The position numbers were made by a program, and so were the translations under genes. Under the pieces are notes generated by a model. The model searched no databases, was not told where the DNA came from, and saw nothing but the letters and a program-made list of their open reading frames with translations. Positions 20,111 to 28,023 of a stretch of DNA of 64,000 nucleotides are shown in pieces. Origin of the DNA: Candidatus Gastranaerophilales bacterium (GTDB taxonomy: Bacteria > Cyanobacteriota > Vampirovibrionia > Gastranaerophilales > Gastranaerophilaceae); the NCBI GenBank assembly GCA_944327245.1, contig CALVHD010000008.1:8718-72717 (forward strand). Reading direction: 5' to 3'. The first letter of the stretch is position 1, and each line of letters opens with the position of its first letter.

Positions 20111-20874
20111 TGAATTTTAATTCATCAAATTATTTTGCATATAAAAAAAATAAACTTCAAGGACAAGTTAACAAAGAAGAAAAAAAATTTTCAAAATTTA
20201 ACCTCCTTTTTCAAATATTCATAACAACATTTATTGTAATGTTTATAATTATCGTTATAGTAATTATGAAATATTCAACCAAAGTTGATATTGAATATTC
20301 AAAAAATATTTCACTCAATAATCCCTCCACTGACACTAATAATATCAATGAAGAAGAATTATATGAGGAAAAACAAAGAAAAATTGACAAAAGATTAATA
20401 TTAATTCAACAAGAAGAAAATGCTCCATATGAAGCAAAGATAATAGAAAAACAAAAACAAGAAGAAGTAATTAATCCGATACATTTGGAAAAAAATAAAA
20501 AAATAGAAAACAGCGAAAAATTTGAAAAAAATAAAGAACAAAAAAACGAAAACAAGGATATGTTAAAACCAAAAATTGCTAATCCTATAGATGAACTTAT
20601 TAATAATTCAAACAAAAAAACACAAGAAAACACAATAAATAAAAATATTACTATTATGTCCAAAGTTTTAATCGGAAGATATGCAACTCTTGAAGAAGCA
20701 CAAGCTGCCCAAGCAGAAATTAAATCTCTTAATTCATCTTCTTCTCCGTTTGTTAAAAAAATCGGAGATGTGTTCAGTGTTCAAATGGGCTCATATCAAG
20801 ATTTTTCAGTAGCAAAAAATCATGCTCAAAATCTAAAAGCAAAAGGGTATGACGTTTGGATATATCAGCAATAA
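20110..20874 (+). CDS. SPOR domain membrane-anchored protein
   Basis: N-terminal TM (LLFQIFITTFIVMFIIIVIVIM), K/E-rich linker, C-terminal SPOR-like fold (VLIGRYATLEEAQAAQAEIK...FSVQMGSYQDFSVAKNHAQNLKAKGYDVWI). Confidence 0.8.
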   Translation: MNFNSSNYFAYKKNKLQGQVNKEEKKFSKFNLLFQIFITTFIVMFIIIVIVIMKYSTKVDIEYSKNISLNNPSTDTNNINEEELYEEKQRKIDKRLILIQQEENAPYEAKIIEKQKQEEVINPIHLEKNKKIENSEKFEKNKEQKNENKDMLKPKIANPIDELINNSNKKTQENTINKNITIMSKVLIGRYATLEEAQAAQAEIKSLNSSSSPFVKKIGDVFSVQMGSYQDFSVAKNHAQNLKAKGYDVWIYQQ

Positions 20875-20894
20875 TTTCTTAAACTTTTAAAAAT

Positions 20895-20928
20895 AAAAAC
20901 CACCAGCCATTTTGGTTAGTGGTTTTTA
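20895..20928. terminator. bidirectional rho-independent terminator between convergent SPOR gene and tpsA
   Basis: About 12-bp stem (AAACCACCAGCC / GGTTAGTGGTTT, one mismatch and one GU pair), ATTTT loop, A-run 5' and T-run 3'. Confidence 0.7.
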
Positions 20929-20958
20929 TTTTATCTGATTTATCCAATAGACAAATTA

Positions 20959-23900
20959 TTATTCTTTTTCGTCATCTTTTTCTGTTTTTGAATTGTTATT
21001 AGTTTCTTCGCTAATATCAACTTTTGCAGCAGCTGACATAATATTTGCTGTTTGGTCAACTGTATTATCAGAAACTTTAGATGTCTTTGAAATTTCAACT
21101 TGTTCTCTTGGAAGTTTGATTTGATTAATTAAAGAATCAATATCATCATCTGTAGAGTCTACATCAGGTAGAGGAGGACATTCTTCTTCATCAACAGTAG
21201 TCTTATCATAAACAAGAATGAAATCATCGTTATCGCCTTGTTTATCAAACTCTATAGTATGTTTATGATCTGTTGTTGTGGTAATTGTTGTACCTTCATC
21301 ATCCATTGTTTTGTCAGTTTCAGAATCATAATTACCTGTATAATCAAAACCATCAGGTTCAGGGTTATAGCCTTCATTAGGGTCTAAGTTCAAACCGCCC
21401 TTATCTCTAACTTCGATATAACCTTTAGATGGAGTACCTTCAGGAAGACCGGATAATTGTTCTTCAGTTAATTGAACATCAGAAGCAATCATCGTATCGT
21501 TTTTATCTAAGAACAATTTATCTGTAATAATCTTAGAAACTGCAAGTTCATCATCTACAGCATTAACATGTACTTCAGGACCTTGATTTTTATCAATTTG
21601 TTCATCCCATTTGTTATTTTCAGCTGTTAATTCAATACCTGCATCTTTATTGTTTGCATTTTTAACATCGATTACAATACTGCCGTTTGTATTGTTTTCA
21701 GGTTCTGTAATCTGAGTTTTGGTATTAATAACCAGCTTAGTTTGATTTACATCAAGAACTTGACCATCTTTTGCAGTACCGTTTTCATCTACTTCTACAC
21801 TTTGAGGGAATGTATGAACAGATTCTGTTGCGTGTTTAGAAGCTGTTTTTGTAACATCTTTTGTAGTTACATTACCTTTAGCGTTAATTGTAGTTTTTGT
21901 ATCTTTTGCATCAGTAGTAGCTTTTTTAATTGTAAGGTTATTCAAGATAACATCTCCGCCTTCTTGAGTTGTTGCAATATTATTGCTTTTTGATTCAAGA
22001 GAAGAGTTTACAAACTGAATATCACCCTTAGTTGTAAAGTTATTTGATTTACCTGCAATGTAATCAACATTTACTGATTTTAGCGAATCTTCACTTGTAA
22101 AATTATTGCTGCCGTTAGCATTAAATGTTAATCTGTCGCCATAAGTCAGCTCAGGCATAGTTGTCTTTTCAGCATTGATATCACCGCCGGTTGAAGTAAT
22201 ATACATATCTTCACCTGATGAAATCTTAACTGAGTTATCGATATTTATATTTTCAGCGCCTTGCGGACCAAAAGTAATTGTATCATATGCAATTAAGTTT
22301 ACATCTTTACCGCCTTGGATAACAGAATTATCTTTAACATTTATATCAGCTTTTGTAGCTTCAGCAGTAAAATTATTATCAGCTTTGAATGTTGAATCTT
22401 TAATATTTACACTGCCTTCTTTAGCTAATAAATTGATATTATTGTTAGCATGTACATTAGTCTTATTAACAGAATTTACATTGCCTTTTGTTGAAGTAAT
22501 ATTTATATTGTTTGCATCAGCAGTTTTGATTGTTGTTTGATATTTAATTGCATCAACAGAACCGTCATCTGCTAAACTTTCATCAACATCTCTGTCAAAT
22601 TTAAGCGTATAAGCAGCTCTTTGTAATGTTGCATTATCCAATGTAAAATTACCGTTAGTTTCTAAGGTAATATCACCGCCAACAACTCTGTTGCCGTCTA
22701 CAATGTTTGTATCACTGAATGTAGAATTGTTTGCAACTGTTACATTATTCAATCCGGTTGTACCGTCTTCATAGAATTTAATATCATCATATACCAATGA
22801 AGCATTATCAATTGTTGTATTTGAACCTTGGATTGAAAGTTTTCCTTCGGCAGCTAATAATGATTGGTTTTTGCCGTTTTCATCCAAATCGCTTGAAATG
22901 ATAATATTTCCAGCTAATTGACCATCAGAATATGCTGCTTTAACATCAATATCTCCAGAAGCATCAGCTATAACATTGTGCATATTAACACCATTAGCAG
23001 CTGAAATTGTGATATTTTTGTCTTGATTTGTAGCTTCAGTATTTCTTGCTTGAATTAATGAATTATTAATTTGTACTTTATCTGAAGATATAACCTTGGC
23101 ATCGCCTTTAGCGATTACATTTGAATTATCTATCTTTGCAGTACCACCGTAAGAATATAATCTTACAGCACCTGCATTAGCTGCATTTGCAGTGCCTTCT
23201 TTAGCTCCTGCAGATACAATTAATGAATCTTCTACAGTTAAATCTTTATCTGCAGAAATAAATATTTCGCCACCGTTTTGACCGTGGGTTGTATTTGTTA
23301 CGCCGTCTTTCTTAACAGAAGTGTTTACTGATTCTAAACGTGAATTACTTACTAATACATCGTTAGAACCAACGATCATAATATCGCCGTTTTCTTTATT
23401 AACAAGTTTTGTACCTTTAATAATAGAATTTTTGATAGCAATATTAGAACCATCAGCCTTAGATTGGTTTATAATATTAACATCGCCTGATTTAATTGCA
23501 ACTTCGTCATTTGCCAAACCGGAGTTATCCATATCGATGTTTCTTACAACATCAGATTTAGTATCTTCTGCAACTTTATATGTATCAGCATAACCATTTG
23601 CAAGATATCCGAATGTTATACCGTCAGCAGTAACCAATCTGACATTTGAGAAAGATTTATCAGAATTTGCTGTAATATAATTATAATTATCACCTGTTCT
23701 GATTAAAGAATCTCTATATTTAATATTGTCAGAAACAATTGCAACAGATTTATTCGGATTGTATGAAGCCATTGTACCGTCAGAATTAAAATGGCCGAAT
23801 TGAGTACCGTTTAATTCAATAGTAGTTTCGCCTTCATTAACATTTATTCCTGCATCTTTAAATGCTTGTGTATAATTTGAGTCAAAAGTAATATCGCCAT

Positions 23901-24465
23901 AATTTCTGTTTTCACCATTTACAGCAGCAGTCGGTGAAAATTTATTTAACACGCCTGTTTGATATTTTTCTAATTCGGCATCTGTCATACCCTTAAGGTT
24001 TTTTGCACCTTTAATATCAAATGTTGAAGCTGTGAATGAATTTAAATCAACAGTAGAGCCCGGTCCAAATAAAATACCTGCCGGGTTAATTAAGATAACT
24101 TTACTTGTAGCAGCGAAAGAATCACAATTACCTCCGCCTATACAAGAATTTGTTAATTTACCTAAAATTTCTGATTGATTTCCGCCTAAAACACGGTTGA
24201 TAATTGTTTGAGAAAGACCTGAAAATCCAAAATTAACTTGTTGATTATTTGGAACAGAAAAATCTTTCCAATCTACTTGACCCACAGCACCATTTTGACC
24301 GGAAATAATGTCTACATCCAACTTTACATCATTGCCTGTAATGCTTGTGTTGCCTGTATGATTAATTACATCATTGACACCAACAGCAAATGTTGCCGCA
24401 CTTGACAATGATAAAAAAGCCAACATAGCCGTAAAAGCAGTGATTTTCTTCTTAAATTGACTCAT
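20959..24465 (-). CDS. two-partner secretion exoprotein (filamentous haemagglutinin-family TpsA, beta-helix)
   Basis: Signal peptide MSQFKKKITAFTAMLAFLSLSSAATFA. TPS (haemagglutination activity) domain: VDWKDFSVPNNQQVNF, IINRVLGGNQSEILGKL, ILINPAGILFGPGSTVDLNSFTAST. Long N/G/T/S/I-rich repetitive beta-helix. ATG at 24465 chosen over the track start 24546 because it begins the signal peptide and has AGGGA upstream. Confidence 0.9.
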   Translation of the reverse strand: MSQFKKKITAFTAMLAFLSLSSAATFAVGVNDVINHTGNTSITGNDVKLDVDIISGQNGAVGQVDWKDFSVPNNQQVNFGFSGLSQTIINRVLGGNQSEILGKLTNSCIGGGNCDSFAATSKVILINPAGILFGPGSTVDLNSFTASTFDIKGAKNLKGMTDAELEKYQTGVLNKFSPTAAVNGENRNYGDITFDSNYTQAFKDAGINVNEGETTIELNGTQFGHFNSDGTMASYNPNKSVAIVSDNIKYRDSLIRTGDNYNYITANSDKSFSNVRLVTADGITFGYLANGYADTYKVAEDTKSDVVRNIDMDNSGLANDEVAIKSGDVNIINQSKADGSNIAIKNSIIKGTKLVNKENGDIMIVGSNDVLVSNSRLESVNTSVKKDGVTNTTHGQNGGEIFISADKDLTVEDSLIVSAGAKEGTANAANAGAVRLYSYGGTAKIDNSNVIAKGDAKVISSDKVQINNSLIQARNTEATNQDKNITISAANGVNMHNVIADASGDIDVKAAYSDGQLAGNIIISSDLDENGKNQSLLAAEGKLSIQGSNTTIDNASLVYDDIKFYEDGTTGLNNVTVANNSTFSDTNIVDGNRVVGGDITLETNGNFTLDNATLQRAAYTLKFDRDVDESLADDGSVDAIKYQTTIKTADANNINITSTKGNVNSVNKTNVHANNNINLLAKEGSVNIKDSTFKADNNFTAEATKADINVKDNSVIQGGKDVNLIAYDTITFGPQGAENINIDNSVKISSGEDMYITSTGGDINAEKTTMPELTYGDRLTFNANGSNNFTSEDSLKSVNVDYIAGKSNNFTTKGDIQFVNSSLESKSNNIATTQEGGDVILNNLTIKKATTDAKDTKTTINAKGNVTTKDVTKTASKHATESVHTFPQSVEVDENGTAKDGQVLDVNQTKLVINTKTQITEPENNTNGSIVIDVKNANNKDAGIELTAENNKWDEQIDKNQGPEVHVNAVDDELAVSKIITDKLFLDKNDTMIASDVQLTEEQLSGLPEGTPSKGYIEVRDKGGLNLDPNEGYNPEPDGFDYTGNYDSETDKTMDDEGTTITTTTDHKHTIEFDKQGDNDDFILVYDKTTVDEEECPPLPDVDSTDDDIDSLINQIKLPREQVEISKTSKVSDNTVDQTANIMSAAAKVDISEETNNNSKTEKDDEKE

Positions 24466-24805
24466 TATATTGTTCCCTTTCATAAACATTTTTATCCATA
24501 TGCTTATACATGTAGTAAAAACCACGATATGGAAAAAAATTCTCAAATATGCAATTCAAATTTACAAAAATTTACAATACTCATTATTATTTTTCTATCT
24601 TAGCAAATTTTAAATAAAAAATCAATGAAAAAAAAGAAAGCGCAAACAACAGAGGAAGTTAACATTTGTTTACAAAATAGCAAAATAAAAAATTTTTAGT
24701 TCTTTTTGTAGTATGATAAAAATCATCAATTTAATTTATTGTCTAATATTTGTATATGAATTATTATTGTATTGCAAGTACTATAAATGTACTCTCTTGT
24801 AGTTA

Positions 24806-26605
24806 ATGTTAAAGGAAATTAAGAAAGTGCTCAGCAAAAAGTTGAATAAGATTAAATTTAGTTCTATGGCCTTGGCATTGTGTTTAATTGCAAGTACCTC
24901 TTGCGCCTTTGCAGGCCCTGAACCGGGTTCAAATTATATTCCTACAGGTGTAGGAAACTTTGACCCAGGGGTTATTGACCAAACAAACTTTAGGCAAATT
25001 AAAGATTATGAACAAAAAATCAGAAATGACAGAGAAGAAGAGCACCAAGAACAAAAAATTGAAATGAATAAAGTTATGAAAGATCATATGAAAGATCTTC
25101 CAAACAAAGAAGTTAGCTTTACTCTTAATTCAATTCATATAACAGGCAATACAGAATACACTGAAGAACAATTAATGAACCTAATTTGCCAAAGAATAGG
25201 CGAAGAAGTAACAATTAATGATCTTATTGGTATGGCCAATGCAATCACTGAATATTATCAAAGAAACGGCTATATTTCAACAACAGCATATCTTCCTCCT
25301 CAAAAGGTTGAAGACGGAAATGTAGAAATAGTTGTTTTAGAAGGTAAATACGGCAATATCAAAATAGAAGGAAACAAATGGGCAAGAAATAAATATTTAA
25401 ATGCCACTTTCCTAAAAGATAAAAATATACAAGAAGACAAAGTTTTAAATGTAGCCGACATTCAAGAATCACTCCGTGAATTAAACGCAACAGACTATAT
25501 CAAAGGTGCAGTTGCATTGCAAGACAACGAAGATTCAGAACAATACACCGATTTAACTTTAAATGTAAAAGACAGATTTCCAATTGATTTTGACTTCCGT
25601 TTTGATAACCAAGGTCGTTCATCAGTTGGTTTAAACAGATTTGTAATTTTTGCAGGTATGTCAAACTTAACAGGATTTGGCGACCAATTATTATCTACAA
25701 CATCTTTAGCAAGAAGTTCATTCAGCCAAGGTGTATTTTATTCAGTACCGATAGGCAGACATGAAACAAAATTAAATGTCGGCTATTCTTTCTCAGGTAC
25801 CGAACTTGATAGAGGTGAACTAAAAGATTTTGATGTTAAAGGTAAATCTCACAGCTTCTATGTAGACTTATCAAGAAGATTAATCAAAACAGAGAACTAC
25901 AAATTATATGGTGATATCGCTTTTGATATGAGAAACACCGAAACAACATTAAGAGGATTTGATTTATACGGATATAGAACACGTTCAATTAAATTAAACT
26001 TAACGAATGTTAAAGACGATATTTATGGTAAATGGTTTGCAAACATAGGTGTTGCTAAAGGTATAGATATCTTTGGAGCAACAAACGATTCAGATGGATA
26101 CTATTCAAGACACACCCCCACGAACAGAATGGTAAAAGTACAAGCATCTATTGCTCGTTTACAAGTATTACCTTGGAGAATGATGGGTATATTTACAGCA
26201 AACGGACAATGGGTAAACAGAAACGTTTGGTATTCAGATAAACTTCAAATTGGTGGTATTTCTTCAGTTAGAGGTTTTGAAGAAGGTTACTTCCTTAGAG
26301 ACTATGGTGTAACCGCATCAGCAGAATTAAGAGCACCTGTTCCTTTCTTAAATCATTTGCCTGACAAACTAAGATTTATTGACGATTCAATCAGATTAGC
26401 AGCATTTTGTGATTTAGGCTGGTTTGGTGACTACGGATACGGAATGCCACGTTCTAATTTTGTAATGAGTGTTGGCGGCGGTATTGTTCTTAAAATGACA
26501 AGATACTTATCAGGTAACGTATATTTCGGTGTTCCGATAGTAGGAAAACCTGATGATGCATCAAGCTTCAGAGTACACTTTATGATTACATCAAATATAC
26601 TATAA
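24806..26605 (+). CDS. ShlB/FhaC/HecB-family TpsB outer-membrane transporter
   Basis: Signal peptide ending SCAFA. POTRA region (FTLNSIHITGNTEYTEEQL...YYQRNGYISTTAYLPPQKVEDGNVEIVVLEGKYGNIKIEGN). C-terminal beta-barrel ending in aromatic-rich strands (GGISSVRGFEEGY...RVHFMITSNIL). Confidence 0.9.
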   Translation: MLKEIKKVLSKKLNKIKFSSMALALCLIASTSCAFAGPEPGSNYIPTGVGNFDPGVIDQTNFRQIKDYEQKIRNDREEEHQEQKIEMNKVMKDHMKDLPNKEVSFTLNSIHITGNTEYTEEQLMNLICQRIGEEVTINDLIGMANAITEYYQRNGYISTTAYLPPQKVEDGNVEIVVLEGKYGNIKIEGNKWARNKYLNATFLKDKNIQEDKVLNVADIQESLRELNATDYIKGAVALQDNEDSEQYTDLTLNVKDRFPIDFDFRFDNQGRSSVGLNRFVIFAGMSNLTGFGDQLLSTTSLARSSFSQGVFYSVPIGRHETKLNVGYSFSGTELDRGELKDFDVKGKSHSFYVDLSRRLIKTENYKLYGDIAFDMRNTETTLRGFDLYGYRTRSIKLNLTNVKDDIYGKWFANIGVAKGIDIFGATNDSDGYYSRHTPTNRMVKVQASIARLQVLPWRMMGIFTANGQWVNRNVWYSDKLQIGGISSVRGFEEGYFLRDYGVTASAELRAPVPFLNHLPDKLRFIDDSIRLAAFCDLGWFGDYGYGMPRSNFVMSVGGGIVLKMTRYLSGNVYFGVPIVGKPDDASSFRVHFMITSNIL

Positions 26606-26625
26606 TTTAATAAATAATATAATTT

Positions 26626-26664
26626 AAAGACCGCTAAAATAAGATAGCGGTCTTTAAATTTTTT
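26626..26664 (+). terminator. rho-independent terminator after tpsB
   Basis: AAAGACCGCTA / TAGCGGTCTTT 11-bp perfect stem, 8-nt loop, then AAATTTTTT. Confidence 0.75.
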
Positions 26665-26814
26665 ATAAATAAATACCGCATTCTATACATAAATAATCCT
26701 TAAAAATTAAAGCAGGCTTTTATTGTGCTAACAAAGCCAAAAAAGATAAACTACCTATACAGATAAACTATCCATATAGCTTAACAATAAAACTAAGAAC
26801 AACAAAAAGCAGTC

Positions 26815-28023
26815 TTATTGTTGATAAGCTTGGAACAACGGAAGATACAAAGCTAGACCTAAAATACCAACAATTACACCGATAAATATCATTAAAATTG
26901 GCTCAATTAACTTCGTAAAACCATCAATTACCGCATCAAGTTTTTTATCAATAAAGCTTACACAGTGATATAGCGAATCACCCAAACGGCCTGATTGTTC
27001 ACCTGTAGCTATCATAAAAGTCATCATTGTAGGAACTTCTTCTACATTTTTTAGCGCAACAGACAAGTGCGTACCTTGCTGTACCTTGGCAGCTGCCTGC
27101 ATAATTGCATTTTTTAAAATAAAATTATCGATTGTTAAATTTGCCAAAAACAGACAGTCAACAATCGGAATACCGGCTTCATAAGAAACTTGTAAAACTG
27201 CAATAAAGTTTGAAAAATTGGAATATTTTAACATTTCAGAAAGCATCGGAATATGCAAAACACACTTATCGCAAAATCTTCTTACTCTTGGCATTTGATA
27301 AGCCTGATTTGCACTTACAACAACAGCAATAACACTCACCAAGCATAATGCCCAATAATTTTTCATAAACACACCCATATTCATACAAGCCTTTGTAATC
27401 CAAGGAAGCGGTTTACCTAAATTATTAAACATCTCATCAAATGCCGGAAAAACAAATACAAGCATTATTATAATTGCCACTATCGCTAAAAGAACGACTA
27501 TAGCAGGATAAATTAACGCACCAATTACCTTGCCTTTAACTGAATCTTGTTTTTTTAATAAATCCAACATACGAACAAGAGTTTTATCCAATTCTCCTGA
27601 GTCTTCACCAGCTTTTATTAAACCGATATAAACTCTTCCGAATATAGCACGATATTTTTCAAGAGTTTCGCCTAAAGTTGAACCCCCGATAATTTGTTGT
27701 CTAAATTCATGGGCAATCTTTCTAATTCTTTGCGAATCGGAATTTTGTTCTATAAATAACAACGCTTCAATTATCGGAATTCCGGTTGAAGTCAAAATTT
27801 CAAGAGTAGAAGTAAAGTCAATTTTTTCTCTCAGGCTAAGTGCCTTAATTACACCCTTTTGCCCCTTTGTTTTTTTTCCTTTAATTGAAACATCTTGAAA
27901 AGAGGTAGGAATTAAGCCCATGTCACGAACTTTTCTTCTTGCTTCATTGGCATCCGCAGCTGTAACTCTACCTGTTACGACTGTTTTATTATTTTTTAAA
28001 GCTGTGTATAAAAAATCTGCCAT
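26815..28023 (-). CDS. pilC: type IV pilus / T2SS platform protein (GspF/PilC family)
   Basis: 402 aa with two GspF-type repeats (GLIKAGEDSGELDKTL; ATGEQSGRLGDSL) and 3 TM segments. ATG overlaps the pilB stop (TAATG). Confidence 0.9.
   Translation of the reverse strand: MADFLYTALKNNKTVVTGRVTAADANEARRKVRDMGLIPTSFQDVSIKGKKTKGQKGVIKALSLREKIDFTSTLEILTSTGIPIIEALLFIEQNSDSQRIRKIAHEFRQQIIGGSTLGETLEKYRAIFGRVYIGLIKAGEDSGELDKTLVRMLDLLKKQDSVKGKVIGALIYPAIVVLLAIVAIIIMLVFVFPAFDEMFNNLGKPLPWITKACMNMGVFMKNYWALCLVSVIAVVVSANQAYQMPRVRRFCDKCVLHIPMLSEMLKYSNFSNFIAVLQVSYEAGIPIVDCLFLANLTIDNFILKNAIMQAAAKVQQGTHLSVALKNVEEVPTMMTFMIATGEQSGRLGDSLYHCVSFIDKKLDAVIDGFTKLIEPILMIFIGVIVGILGLALYLPLFQAYQQ

Noticed and set aside
22175-22540. 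121-aa plus-strand ORF, and similar ones at 21742..21993 and 23321..23593, inside tpsA
   Set aside because: They lie antisense to a repetitive beta-helix coding region. They have hydrophobic low-complexity products and no SD or ATG context.
24466-24546. Longer TpsA start (MRIFFHIVVFTTCISIWIKMFMKGNNIM...) from the ORF track
   Set aside because: The extension precedes a complete, well-formed signal peptide that starts at the ATG at 24465, which has AGGGA upstream. The extra 27 residues look like translated promoter and UTR sequence.
24625-24699. 24-aa ORF MKKKKAQTTEEVNICLQNSKIKNF in the tpsA/tpsB intergenic region
   Set aside because: There is no SD. It is a lysine-rich translation of an A-run and has no downstream coupling, so it is most likely chance.
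20959-26605. TPS locus as a contact-dependent inhibition (CdiBAI) system
   Set aside because: There is no VENN or pre-toxin motif and no recognisable C-terminal toxin. No small immunity ORF follows tpsA, where a terminator comes directly. The gene order and orientation also differ from cdiBAI.
26745-26778. Tandem 17-mer GATAAACTACCTATACA / GATAAACTATCCATATA (14/17) downstream of pilC
   Set aside because: There are only two copies, in a very AT-rich spacer with no associated gene start. This is too weak to call a repeat element or binding site, though a genome-wide motif count could revisit it.
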